Shown here: one piece after another, positions 28,736 through 38,031 of the stretch
How the letters are laid out: every line of letters begins with the position of its first letter
Numbering within the stretch: position 1 is the first letter of the stretch
Origin: a bacterium
GTDB lineage: Bacteria > UBA8248
Length of the DNA: 64,000 nucleotides
Reading direction: 5' to 3'
Assembly: GCA_022828125.1 (NCBI GenBank)
Contig: JAJEJD010000030.1
Coordinates: forward strand, 26,176-90,175
Notes under the pieces: model-generated
What the model saw: the letters and a program-made list of their open reading frames with translations, nothing else
Database searches by the model: none
Told to the model about the DNA's origin: nothing
Translations under genes and position numbers: made by a program

Positions 28736-28760
28736 TATATGAGTTTAACTAACTCATATA
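28736..28760. promoter_or_regulatory. Perfect 10-bp inverted repeat with a HAIR-like core (TGAGT-N7-ACTCA): candidate HspR-type operator
   Basis: TATATGAGTT-TAACT-AACTCATATA, immediately downstream of the -10 box and upstream of the hsp20 RBS. Confidence 0.4.
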
Positions 28761-28836
28761 TGGAGCAAGCGGCCAACAACATGAATGATGGGGAAAGCAA
28801 GTCCCCGAAATCACTTTCACCACAAGGAGGTTCACA

Positions 28837-29253
28837 ATGCCCAACCTGATGAAACCTGCTTCGATTCACGACGTATTCAACCGCTTTCTGGAAGATTCCT
28901 TCGTCAAGCCTCTCGCCAATGACGGCGAGGAAGGAATCCTGCCCGTCGACATCGCGCAAACCGATACGGAGGTCGTGGTGCGCGCTTCGCTTCCGGGGTA
29001 CAGGAAAGAGGATATCGACCTGCGGATCGAGAAGGGCGTACTCTCCATCAAGGCGACGAAGCAGAAAGAATCGGAAGTCGAGGAAGAGAAGTACTATCGG
29101 CGCGAACGCTTCATGGGTTCCGTGAGCCGCCGCATCGTGCTGCCCGGCATGGTGCGGAACGACGCGTCGAGCGCGGAACTCGCCAACGGCGTCCTCACGC
29201 TTCGCGTGCCCATCGCCGAAGCGAACAAGCCGAAGCAGATCCTGATCCAGTAA
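28837..29253 (+). CDS. Small heat-shock protein, Hsp20/alpha-crystallin family
   Basis: 138 aa. AAGGAGG RBS. Alpha-crystallin domain (VDIAQTD..VVVRASLPG...GVLTLRVP). Confidence 0.9.
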   Translation: MPNLMKPASIHDVFNRFLEDSFVKPLANDGEEGILPVDIAQTDTEVVVRASLPGYRKEDIDLRIEKGVLSIKATKQKESEVEEEKYYRRERFMGSVSRRIVLPGMVRNDASSAELANGVLTLRVPIAEANKPKQILIQ

Positions 29254-29263
29254 GCGAGCCATC

Positions 29264-29304
29264 GAGCCCGGTCCCCGGCGTTGCGTCGGGGGCCGGCTCG
29301 TTTG
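29264..29304 (+). terminator. GC-rich hairpin after hsp20
   Basis: GAGCCCGGTCCCCG ... CGGGGGCCGGCTC followed by GTTTG. The stem is imperfect and the T tract is short. Confidence 0.45.
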
Positions 29305-29387
29305 AACGCTCCCCGCTCCCCGTATTTTCACCGAGTCAACCCTGGATTATCGTCAGGTATCTTGAGAGCGCCGGTTCAGCCCGAGTC

Positions 29388-29790
29388 GATACGGGGCTGT
29401 TGAAAAGGGCCCTCGATGTGGGAAGACCACCGTCATTCCGGCGAAAGCCGGAATCCATTTTCAAGCAGAATGGCAATATTTCGGCTTTTCATCTCCTCGT
29501 CATCAGCGCGAATCGATCAGAAAAGAAAAAACAAAGACAAAGCAAATGGATTCCGGCTTTCGCCGGAATGACGAACAAAACCACACCGCCTCATCCTGAG
29601 TAGCGGCGGAGCCGCGTATCGAAGGATGCCCTTTCACACGCCGGGAGACACTTTCCATCCTTCGATACGGCGCTTTCGCGCCTACTCAGGATGAGGTTTT
29701 GTGGCTACCTGCACGGTAGGAAGGAGGACCGCCGCGTAACATTAAAATCGCCCGCTCCCGAACCAGGACTTTTCCAACAGCCCCGATACC
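29388..29790. repeat. Composite MITE-like element bounded by T-type inverted ends, containing an R3 (dRS3-like) pair and an R5 pair
   Basis: Ends are GGGGCTGTTGAAAAG (29393-29407) and CTTTTCCAACAGCCCC (29769-29784). R3 arms at 29430-29460 and 29544-29573. R5 arms at 29589-29628 and 29656-29696. Confidence 0.7.
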
Positions 29791-29834
29791 TCATGAGTGG
29801 TGCGGTCGATGCCACCTGCTCGGTGGTGTCGGTC

Positions 29835-31223
29835 TTACGCCCCCGCCGCGGTGAGGCGGATGAGTTTTTCCGCTTTCTCCTGTGTCTCCAGAGCGCGGCA
29901 GGTTTCGATGATTTCCCCGTAGCGCGGCTCCGGTATCGGCAGGCCGGGAGCGATGCCGCAGATGCGGTTCACGAGTTCATCGAAGCTGAAGATGAACTCC
30001 CGCCCGGTGGCCTGTCTGGTGAAGACCCCTCTTTCTTTGGTGTGGATGCTCACTCTGGGGGCGAAAAGACCCATCTCGCGGGAGGGGATGATTCTCACGC
30101 GCTCCATCATCTCGAGCACGTCGGACGGGTCGTTCTCGCCGGGCGGGTCGTTCAGGAGCGGATAGCCGCGCTTCACGACGCCGAAAGCCGCGTAATAATG
30201 GGTGCTGCCCGGACTCGGAGCGCCGTCCTCGCGGCGGTTCGCGAAGGCGGGGCTCGGGTACTGCGTCTCCAGCCAGTTCACTTCCGTCTCCACGCGCTCT
30301 ACCTCCTCGATGCGGATGTCGTTCTCCTCGCAGAGGCTCGCCGTCACGTCGATGTGCGCGAGGTTGTAGCCCGAGGTGGAGTAGATGCGGAACAGCGTTT
30401 CGAGGAACAGCCACTCCTCTCCCAGCCCTTTTGTGATGTCGTCGAGGCTCGTCCTCGCCTCGCCCGTGAAGCTGTAGGTGAGGCGGCCCTCGTTGTTTCC
30501 CGCGTAGGCGTGGTAGAAGCCGGCTTCGCCCTCCAGCACCGTCTCCCCGCCGGCGTGGCCCCGCTCGGCCAGAGTTGCAGCCAGGAGGGCGTTTCGCACC
30601 GCGCCGCCCTCTCTGAGCGCCTGCCCCCCGCTGCGCGGGCCTTCCAGGTTTCCGCTCGCGAGACTCGCGCACAGCGCAACCGCGCTGTTCATCTGATCCT
30701 CGCTCAAGCCCATGATCTTCCCGGCGGCGACAGCGGCCCCGAAAATCCCGAAGACGGGCCCCGCGTGAAAACCGCGCGACATCACCGTGGGGATAAAGTC
30801 CGACGCGAGGCGCTCCATGACCTCATAGCCCGCGGCGACGCCCGTCAGAAAATCCGCCCCCGAGGCGCTCCGCGACTCCGCAGCAGCGAGGGCGGCGGGG
30901 ATGATGGAGGTTCCCGGGTGGGTGAGCATGCGGAACGTATCCCACTTGCCGCCCGCCAGAGCCATTTCTGCGTTCGCGAAGGCGGCGCCTCCTTTCGTCG
31001 CTCCCGCCCCGCTCGCCATGATGGTCGCGCCGCGATGAACGCCCGCTTCTTCTTCTGTGATGAGGGCGACGGCCCTTCGCCCGTCTTCGGTTCGAGAACC
31101 CAGAAGAGCGGAGCCGATGGCTTGTAAGGTAACGCCCTTGGCGCGGTCGACGACTTCTCCCGGCAGATCCTCGAAGCGAAGCCCCGCCGCCCACCTTGCG
31201 AGCCGGCGGCTTAGGGACGCCAT
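29835..31223 (-). CDS. MmgE/PrpD-family protein (2-methylcitrate dehydratase-like)
   Basis: 462 aa from the ATG at 31223 (MASLSRRLARWAAGLRFEDLP, the canonical PrpD-family N-terminus). The track ORF extends to 31346. Confidence 0.85.
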   Translation of the reverse strand: MASLSRRLARWAAGLRFEDLPGEVVDRAKGVTLQAIGSALLGSRTEDGRRAVALITEEEAGVHRGATIMASGAGATKGGAAFANAEMALAGGKWDTFRMLTHPGTSIIPAALAAAESRSASGADFLTGVAAGYEVMERLASDFIPTVMSRGFHAGPVFGIFGAAVAAGKIMGLSEDQMNSAVALCASLASGNLEGPRSGGQALREGGAVRNALLAATLAERGHAGGETVLEGEAGFYHAYAGNNEGRLTYSFTGEARTSLDDITKGLGEEWLFLETLFRIYSTSGYNLAHIDVTASLCEENDIRIEEVERVETEVNWLETQYPSPAFANRREDGAPSPGSTHYYAAFGVVKRGYPLLNDPPGENDPSDVLEMMERVRIIPSREMGLFAPRVSIHTKERGVFTRQATGREFIFSFDELVNRICGIAPGLPIPEPRYGEIIETCRALETQEKAEKLIRLTAAGA

Positions 31224-31497
31224 TATTGTGGTCTTCCCGAAGGCGCGGGATGCGCCCCGCGGATGAGTGATCGCCCGGTCTGCGGGGGGTTGATGGCGGG
31301 AAATATGGTCATGAAACCGCGAGCCCTCGAAACATGGTTGAAACAAAACAGAAACGACAATTTAACCGAACCGCAAGATTCCCGTAAAGAAACCTCTCTA
31401 TATTTCCATCCTGTCATCGAAGATTTCCTGTGTTCATTTTGTTTTCAGGCCGGACGAGGCGGCCGCTTTACAGAGATAAGAAGGGGAGATTGAAAGA

Positions 31498-32826
31498 ATG
31501 AAGAGCAAGAAGAAGTTGATCGGAGCAGAAAAGCTGTCCCGGAGGAAGTTCCTGAAGAAAGCGGGAGTGATGGGGCTCGGTGCGGCGGCGATGAGCGCGC
31601 TTCCGTTCCCGAACGTGATTCGGGCGGCCGAACCCGTCAAGATCGGGGTTCTGCACTCTCTGAGCGGGACCATGGCGATCAGCGAGGTTTCGCTGCGCGA
31701 CGTGGTGCTGATGGCCGTGGAGGAGATCAACGCGGCGGGCGGCGTGATGAAGCGGCCCATCAAGCCCGTGGTCGTCGACCCGGCTTCGGACTGGGATTTG
31801 TTCGCCGAGAAGGCGAAGCAGCTTCTCCTGAAGGACAAGGTGGACGTGACTTTCGGCTGCTGGACGTCGGTGAGCCGTAAATCCGTCCTTCCCGTGTACG
31901 AGAAGAACAACGGCCTTCTTTTCTACCCGGTGCAGTACGAGGGCGAGGAGTGCTCGAAGAACGTCTTCTACACGGGCGCGACGCCGAACCAGCAGTTGAT
32001 TCCGGCGGCGGATTACATGATGAGCGAGGACGGCGGGGGGTTCAAGAAGTTCTATCTGCTCGGCACGGACTACGTGTTCCCGCGCACGGCGAACAAGATT
32101 CTCCGGGCCTTCCTGCTGGCGAAGGGCGTGCCGGCTGCGAACATCATGGAAGAGTACACGCCCTTCCACCACCAGGATTACCAGACCATCGTGGGCAAGG
32201 TGAAATCGTTCGCCTCGGGCGGCGACGCCGCCGTGCTCAGCACCATCAACGGCGACAGCAACGTGCCCTTCTACAAGGAGTTCGCGAACCAGGGTCTGCG
32301 CTCCGAAGACGTGCCCATCATGGCGTTCAGCGTGGCCGAGGACGAACTCCGCGGCATGGACTCGAAATCGCTCGTCGGACACCTGGCGGCCTGGAACTAC
32401 TACCAGTCGATCGACACGCCGCAGAACAAGAAGTTCGTCAAGAACTTCAAGACCTACTGCAAGAAGATGGGCCTGCCGGGCGGCGCGAGCCGCGTGACGG
32501 ACGACCCCATCGAAGCGGCCTATCTGGGCGTCTACATCTGGAAGCAGGCTGTCGAGAAAGCGGGAACCACGAAGGTGGACGACGTACGCAAGGCGGCTTA
32601 CGGGATGGGCTTCGAGGCGCCGGGCGGATTCAAGAAGATCGACGAGAAAAACCACCATCTGCACAAGCCCGTGCTCATCGGCGAAATCCTCAAGAACGGG
32701 CAATTCGAAATCGTCTCGCAGACGAAGGGCCTCGTGGCGCCCGAACCCTGGAGCAAGTACACGAGTCCGGACAAGAGCTGTGACTGGGTAAATCACCAGG
32801 GAACGTATAAGAAGTCTGCCACCTAG
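31498..32826 (+). CDS. urtA: Urea ABC transporter substrate-binding protein
   Basis: 442 aa. Tat-like signal SRRKFLKKAGVMGLGAAA. KIGVLHSLSGTMAISE motif. Sits upstream of urtBCDE and the urease genes. Confidence 0.9.
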   Translation: MKSKKKLIGAEKLSRRKFLKKAGVMGLGAAAMSALPFPNVIRAAEPVKIGVLHSLSGTMAISEVSLRDVVLMAVEEINAAGGVMKRPIKPVVVDPASDWDLFAEKAKQLLLKDKVDVTFGCWTSVSRKSVLPVYEKNNGLLFYPVQYEGEECSKNVFYTGATPNQQLIPAADYMMSEDGGGFKKFYLLGTDYVFPRTANKILRAFLLAKGVPAANIMEEYTPFHHQDYQTIVGKVKSFASGGDAAVLSTINGDSNVPFYKEFANQGLRSEDVPIMAFSVAEDELRGMDSKSLVGHLAAWNYYQSIDTPQNKKFVKNFKTYCKKMGLPGGASRVTDDPIEAAYLGVYIWKQAVEKAGTTKVDDVRKAAYGMGFEAPGGFKKIDEKNHHLHKPVLIGEILKNGQFEIVSQTKGLVAPEPWSKYTSPDKSCDWVNHQGTYKKSAT

Positions 32827-32834
32827 TTGCAAGA

Positions 32835-32873
32835 ACCGCCCGGGGGGAGCCGTCTTCGGCTCCCCCATGGGCG
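32835..32873 (+). terminator. Strong stem-loop between urtA and urtB (attenuator / 3'-end stabiliser candidate)
   Basis: Perfect GGGGAGCCG-TCTT-CGGCTCCCC (32843-32864) flanked by CCGCCC/GGGCGG. No T tract follows. Confidence 0.5.
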
Positions 32874-32938
32874 GCCCAAAAGAAAAACATGTGAATCGCA
32901 AATACCGGCGATGTGCCAAATACGGCGAAGGAGGGGGT

Positions 32939-34669
32939 ATGCAGCAAGCCGGCATCAGGGCGATTCCGCGTGGAGCGTCGGCGAGGTCATTCATATCTCG
33001 CGTCCTTATTCTGGTATTCGCGCTCGGCTTTGGTTTGGCCGCAAGGGGAGAAGCGCGAGCCGAATCATTTTCACCGGCCATCCAGGCGGAAATCGCACAG
33101 TTAGGATCGAAGAATCGAAAGAAAAGAAGACGCGCTGCCCTCGGTCTCGCGAAGCGCCTCGAGCCAAAGCTGCTACCCCTTCTTTTGGCGCTTCGCGAGG
33201 GCAGCCTTTTTCGCTGGAAGCCTGATTCGGGCGAGGCCCGGTTCGTCATCGGCGGAGACGCCGTGACGCGCGGGGAGGTGGAATACGTTCCCCTTTTCTC
33301 GATTCACGGGAAAAAACGGCTCACATCTCCGGACGGGAAACCCCTTTTCGTTCCCGATGGAAAGCTCAACAAAATCCGCGCCGGCAGAAGAATCCGCCGC
33401 GCCGTCAAACCCTATCTGAACCAGCTCCAAAGCTCGGCGCAGCTCCATTCCGCCGACCCGAACGTGCGCCGCGCAGCAGCCACGCGGATGGCGCGGGTGG
33501 GGGACAAGAACCTCATCCCGCTGCTCGACAAGGTCCTCGAGAACGAGACCCACTGGCTGGGCCGCCATGCGCTCATCGAGGCGAAGGCGCTGATCCGGCT
33601 GAAATCGCCGAACCCCGATGAGAGGCGCTCCGCCGCCGCCGCCCTCGGCGAGATTCACGGGCTGAACGCCGTCTCGGTGCTCCAGCGCATGGCGGACAAG
33701 GACGCCGACGCTTCCGTGCGCGCGGCGGCGAGCGAGGCCATCGGGGAGATCGAGGACTACCAGAGCTGGACGGCGACGATCGACACCCTGTTCCGGGGCA
33801 TGAGTCTGGGCTCCATCCTGTTGCTGATGGCGCTGGGGCTGGCCATCGTCTTTGGCCTCATGGGCGTCATCAACATGGCGCACGGGGAGTTGATGATGCT
33901 CGGCGCATACGCCACCTTCATCATCCAGGGCGTTTTCATCTCGTATCTGCCGCAAAATTACTTCGACTGGTATTTCTTGCTGGCGCTACCCGTCGCGTTC
34001 CTGGCTTCGGCCCTGATGGGCTGGCTCATGGAGATTTCCATCATCCGCCACCTCTACGGCCGTCCGCTGGAGACGCTGCTGACCACATGGGGGATCAGCC
34101 TGATCCTCCGGCAAGCCGTCCGCCAGGTGTTCGGCGCGCAGAACGTGGACGTGAAATCCCCCGAGTGGCTGAGCGGGGGGTATCACCTGATGGTCGGCGT
34201 CCAGTTTCCCTACAACCGCATGTTCATCATCGCGCTGGCCGTCTTCTGCGTGGCGGGCACGTATCTCTTCCTCTTCCGCACGCGGGCGGGCCTGCGGATT
34301 CGCGCCGTGACCCAGAACCGGGGCATGAGCACCTGTCTGGGCGTTCCCTCCCGCCGCGTGGACGCGGGCACGTTCGCCTTCGGCGCGGGGCTGGCGGGCA
34401 TGGCGGGCGCGGCCCTGAGCCAGGTCGGGAACGTGGGGCCCGATTTGGGGCAGAACTACATCGTGGATTCGTTCATGGTCGTGGTGACGGGCGGCGTGGG
34501 CAAGATTCTGGGAACCATCGTGGCGGGCTTCGGCATCGGCGGCATGAACAAGATGCTCGAACCGGCGATGGGCGCGGTGTTCGGCAAGGTGGTGATCCTG
34601 GTTCTGGTGATCCTCTTCCTGCAGAGAAGGCCGGAAGGGCTGTTCGCCGTCCGCACGAGAGGGGCTTGA
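32939..34669 (+). CDS. urtB: Urea ABC transporter permease with about 280 aa N-terminal HEAT-repeat-like extension
   Basis: ATG at 32939 with a GGAGGGGG RBS. N-terminal signal/TM segment, then repeated helical units (NVRRAAATRMARVGD, ERRSAAAALGEI, SVRAAASEAIGEI), then a LivH-type permease core. Confidence 0.9.
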   Translation: MQQAGIRAIPRGASARSFISRVLILVFALGFGLAARGEARAESFSPAIQAEIAQLGSKNRKKRRRAALGLAKRLEPKLLPLLLALREGSLFRWKPDSGEARFVIGGDAVTRGEVEYVPLFSIHGKKRLTSPDGKPLFVPDGKLNKIRAGRRIRRAVKPYLNQLQSSAQLHSADPNVRRAAATRMARVGDKNLIPLLDKVLENETHWLGRHALIEAKALIRLKSPNPDERRSAAAALGEIHGLNAVSVLQRMADKDADASVRAAASEAIGEIEDYQSWTATIDTLFRGMSLGSILLLMALGLAIVFGLMGVINMAHGELMMLGAYATFIIQGVFISYLPQNYFDWYFLLALPVAFLASALMGWLMEISIIRHLYGRPLETLLTTWGISLILRQAVRQVFGAQNVDVKSPEWLSGGYHLMVGVQFPYNRMFIIALAVFCVAGTYLFLFRTRAGLRIRAVTQNRGMSTCLGVPSRRVDAGTFAFGAGLAGMAGAALSQVGNVGPDLGQNYIVDSFMVVVTGGVGKILGTIVAGFGIGGMNKMLEPAMGAVFGKVVILVLVILFLQRRPEGLFAVRTRGA

Positions 34670-34675
34670 TACGCG

Positions 34676-35842
34676 ATGCCGGGTGAAACTTTGGTGGACA
34701 GGATGGAGAAGAAAGTCGGCGGCGTCGTTCTGGTGATCGCGGCGTTCTGGTTCATCGTCGCGATGCCCTCGCTCAACGCCTTCGGGACGCCGGGGTCGTT
34801 TTTCCACGTTTCTGATTTCACGCTCAACCTGTTCGGAAAATTCCTGGCGTACGCCATCCTGGCGCTGGGCCTCGACCTGATATGGGGCTACACCGGCATC
34901 CTGAGCATGGGCCACGGCGTGTTCTTCGGCCTGGGCGCCTATTGCATGGGCATGTACCTCACGCTCGAGATCGGCGGCGAGGGGGTCTACCAGAGCAAGC
35001 TGCCCGACTTCATGGTCTGGAACCGGGTGAAGGAACTGCCGCTGTTCTGGAAGCCGTTCCATTCGTTCTTCTTCACCACGATCGCGGTGGCGATTGTGCC
35101 CGGTATGCTTGCGGCCGTCTTCGGCTTCCTCGCCTTCAGGACGCGGGTGCGCGGCGTGTACTTCGCCATCATCACGCAGGCGCTGGCGCTCTCCGCCTGG
35201 CTCGTCTTCAACAGGAACGAAATGAACCTGGGCGGGACGAACGGCCTCACCAACTTCAAGAAAATCCTGGGCTTCACGCTCACCGAAGCCTCCACGCAGC
35301 GGGGGCTTTACGTCGCAACCGCGCTCGCGCTTTGCGGCGCGTACCTGCTCTGCCGGTGGATAGTGAAATCACGCGCCGGGAAGATTCTGCTCGCGATTCG
35401 CGACGCGGAGAACCGCGTGCTCTACTCGGGCTATACGCCCGCGAACTACAAGGTGTTCGTCTTCACCGTATCCGCCATGCTGGCGGGGGTCGCCGGCGCG
35501 CTGTACGTGCCCCAGGTGGGCATCATCACCCCCGGGCGGATCGGCGTGCTGCCCTCCATCGAGATGGTCATCTGGGTGGCGGTCGGAGGACGCGGGTCGC
35601 TCATCGGCGCCGTCATCGGCGCTGTCGGGGTGAACTGGGCGCGGAGTTACCTCACGTCGAGTTATCCGGATTACTGGCTCTATTTCCTGGGCGGCATATT
35701 CATCCTCGTGGTCCAGTTCTTCCCGGACGGAATCCTCGGCGTGGTGCGCGACGCGCCCCGGAAGCTGGAGAAGTGGATCCGCCGCACGACTCGCACGGCG
35801 GCCGGGGATGAGAGCCTTGCGCCTGTGCGCAGCGAGGGCTAG
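34676..35842 (+). CDS. urtC: Urea ABC transporter permease
   Basis: 388 aa LivM-type permease (GYTGILSMGHGVFFGLGAY) in the urt operon. Confidence 0.9.
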   Translation: MPGETLVDRMEKKVGGVVLVIAAFWFIVAMPSLNAFGTPGSFFHVSDFTLNLFGKFLAYAILALGLDLIWGYTGILSMGHGVFFGLGAYCMGMYLTLEIGGEGVYQSKLPDFMVWNRVKELPLFWKPFHSFFFTTIAVAIVPGMLAAVFGFLAFRTRVRGVYFAIITQALALSAWLVFNRNEMNLGGTNGLTNFKKILGFTLTEASTQRGLYVATALALCGAYLLCRWIVKSRAGKILLAIRDAENRVLYSGYTPANYKVFVFTVSAMLAGVAGALYVPQVGIITPGRIGVLPSIEMVIWVAVGGRGSLIGAVIGAVGVNWARSYLTSSYPDYWLYFLGGIFILVVQFFPDGILGVVRDAPRKLEKWIRRTTRTAAGDESLAPVRSEG

Positions 35843-35851
35843 GGGGAAAGC

Positions 35852-36619
35852 ATGACGCTGACGTCGAAAAGCATACTCTACATGGAGGACGTGTTCGTCG
35901 TCTTCGACGGCTTCAAGGCATTGAACGCGCTCAACTTCAGCATGGACAGGGGCGAGCTTCGCTGCGTCATCGGCCCGAACGGGGCGGGGAAGACCACGCT
36001 CCTCGACGTCGTGACCGGCAAGGTGAAGCCCGATTCCGGACGGGTGGTCTTCAAGGAGAAAACCAACCTCGCGCGGATGCGCCAGGAGGAGATATCGAAC
36101 GCAGGGATCGGCAGGAAATTCCAGACGCCGACGATTTACGAGAACCTGACGGTGCGTGATAATCTCGAACTCTCCGTGAAGCAGGACAAGAAGGTGACAT
36201 CGCTCCTTTTCGGCGGGGCCTCGCCCGAGGCGCAAGAGCGCGTCGAGGAGACGCTCGACGTCATCGGACTCGCGTCCAAGAGCGGCTGGCGGGCCGGTCT
36301 GCTCGCCCACGGCGAGAAGCAGTGGCTCGAGATCGGCATGGTGGTGGTGCAGGACCCGGATCTTCTGCTCGTCGATGAGCCCGTGGCCGGTATGACGGAG
36401 GGGGAGACGGAGAAGACGGCGGCGCTGTTAAGGCGCATCGCCGAGCATCGCTCGGTCCTCGTCATCGAGCATGACATGAAGTTCGTGCGCGAAATCGCCG
36501 AGCGCGTCACCGTGCTTCACGAGGGCGCCGTGATTTGCGAGGGCTCCATCGACCACGTGCACAAGGACGAGCGGGTGGTCGAACTCTATCTGGGCAGGGG
36601 AAGCGAGGAACATGCTTAA
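35852..36619 (+). CDS. urtD: Urea ABC transporter ATP-binding protein
   Basis: Walker A GPNGAGKTT, Walker B LLLVDEP. Confidence 0.9.
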   Translation: MTLTSKSILYMEDVFVVFDGFKALNALNFSMDRGELRCVIGPNGAGKTTLLDVVTGKVKPDSGRVVFKEKTNLARMRQEEISNAGIGRKFQTPTIYENLTVRDNLELSVKQDKKVTSLLFGGASPEAQERVEETLDVIGLASKSGWRAGLLAHGEKQWLEIGMVVVQDPDLLLVDEPVAGMTEGETEKTAALLRRIAEHRSVLVIEHDMKFVREIAERVTVLHEGAVICEGSIDHVHKDERVVELYLGRGSEEHA

Positions 36620-37307
36620 AGTGGACGGGCTGCACGCCTACTACGGTGAGAGCCATATTCTGCGCGGCCTCGACATCGAGGTGCGCCCCGGCGAAATCGC
36701 GGGCGTCATCGGCAGAAACGGCATGGGCAAGACCACGTTCCTGAAATCCATCGTCGGTCTGCTGAGGCCCAAGCTCGGGAAAATCGAGTTCCTGGAGCGC
36801 GAGATCACCGCGTCGAGGCCCGAGGCGCGCGCGAGGCTGGGCGTCGCCTACGTCCCCCAGGGGCGGGAGATTTTCCCGCAGCTCAGCGTGCACGAAAACC
36901 TCCTGCTGGGGCTGGAAGCCCACCCCGAACGCCCCAGGTATTATGACGAAAGCGTTTTCGAGCTTTTCCCGGTGCTCAAGGAGATGCTCGGACGAAAGGG
37001 AGGCGTGCTGAGCGGCGGCCAGCAGCAGCAACTCGCCATCGCCCGCGCCCTGGTGAGCGAACCAAAGCTCTTGCTGCTCGACGAGCCGACCGAGGGCATC
37101 CAGCCCTCCATCATCATGGACATCGAGAGCGTTCTGTGGAAGATCAAACAGCGCGGCGACATGGGCATCATCCTGGTGGAGCAATACCTGGAGTTCGCCT
37201 GGCGGCTTTCGGATCGATACTACGTGATGGAAAAAGGGGAATTCACGGCCACGGGAGAGGCGCAGGGCGAGTGCGACGTGGCGCTGCTCGACCGCCTGAC
37301 CGCTTAG
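36612..37307 (+). CDS. urtE: Urea ABC transporter ATP-binding protein
   Basis: Walker A GRNGMGKTT, signature LSGGQQQQ. Overlaps the urtD stop. Confidence 0.9.
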   Translation: MLKVDGLHAYYGESHILRGLDIEVRPGEIAGVIGRNGMGKTTFLKSIVGLLRPKLGKIEFLEREITASRPEARARLGVAYVPQGREIFPQLSVHENLLLGLEAHPERPRYYDESVFELFPVLKEMLGRKGGVLSGGQQQQLAIARALVSEPKLLLLDEPTEGIQPSIIMDIESVLWKIKQRGDMGIILVEQYLEFAWRLSDRYYVMEKGEFTATGEAQGECDVALLDRLTA

Positions 37308-37343
37308 GACCGCTCGCAGGAGTTTACCGACAGGAGGCAGACG

Positions 37344-37649
37344 ATGCATCTGACCCCGAGGGAGCAGGAGAAGCTCCTCGTTTTCGTAGCGGCGGAGCTG
37401 GCGCAGAAGCGCCGCGCGCGGGGCCTCAAGCTCAATTACCCCGAAGCCGTCAGCATCATCACGGCCGAGGTGCTCGAAGGCGCGCGCGACGGCAAGTCCG
37501 TCGCCGAGCTGATGCGCTACGGCGCGACGATTCTCACGCGAGACGACGTCATGGAAGGCGTGCCCGAGATGATTCACGAGGTGCAGGTCGAGGGCACGTT
37601 CCCCGACGGCACCAAACTCGTGACGGTGCACGACCCGATACGCGGCTGA
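37344..37649 (+). CDS. ureA: Urease gamma subunit
   Basis: [12 protein letters not shown]..., the canonical UreA N-terminus. 101 aa. Confidence 0.95.
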   Translation: MHLTPREQEKLLVFVAAELAQKRRARGLKLNYPEAVSIITAEVLEGARDGKSVAELMRYGATILTRDDVMEGVPEMIHEVQVEGTFPDGTKLVTVHDPIRG

Positions 37650-37659
37650 AGGAGAGGGC

Positions 37660-38031
37660 ATGATACCCGGCGAATACATTCTGGCGGACGGCGAGATCGT
37701 CCTGAACGAAGGGCGCGAGACAGCCACGCTCCTCGTGGCGAACCGGGGCGACAGGCCCATACAGGTGGGTTCCCACTTTCATTTCTTTGAAGTCAACCGC
37801 CTGCTCGATTTCGACAGGAAGGCGGCGTTCGGCATGCGGCTGGACATCCCGGCGGGAACGGCGGTGCGCTTCGAGCCGGGTGACGAGAAGGAGGTGACGC
37901 TCGTCGCCTTCGCGGGCGCGCGCACCGCCATGGGGCTGAACGCGCTGACCGAAGGCGCGCTCGATTCCGACGCCGTGCGTGAGGGCGCGATGGAGAAAGC
38001 CCGCGCCGAGGGCTACGGGGGGGCGGACTGA
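37660..38031 (+). CDS. ureB: Urease beta subunit
   Basis: MIPGEY...[17 protein letters not shown], canonical UreB. Confidence 0.95.
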   Translation: MIPGEYILADGEIVLNEGRETATLLVANRGDRPIQVGSHFHFFEVNRLLDFDRKAAFGMRLDIPAGTAVRFEPGDEKEVTLVAFAGARTAMGLNALTEGALDSDAVREGAMEKARAEGYGGAD

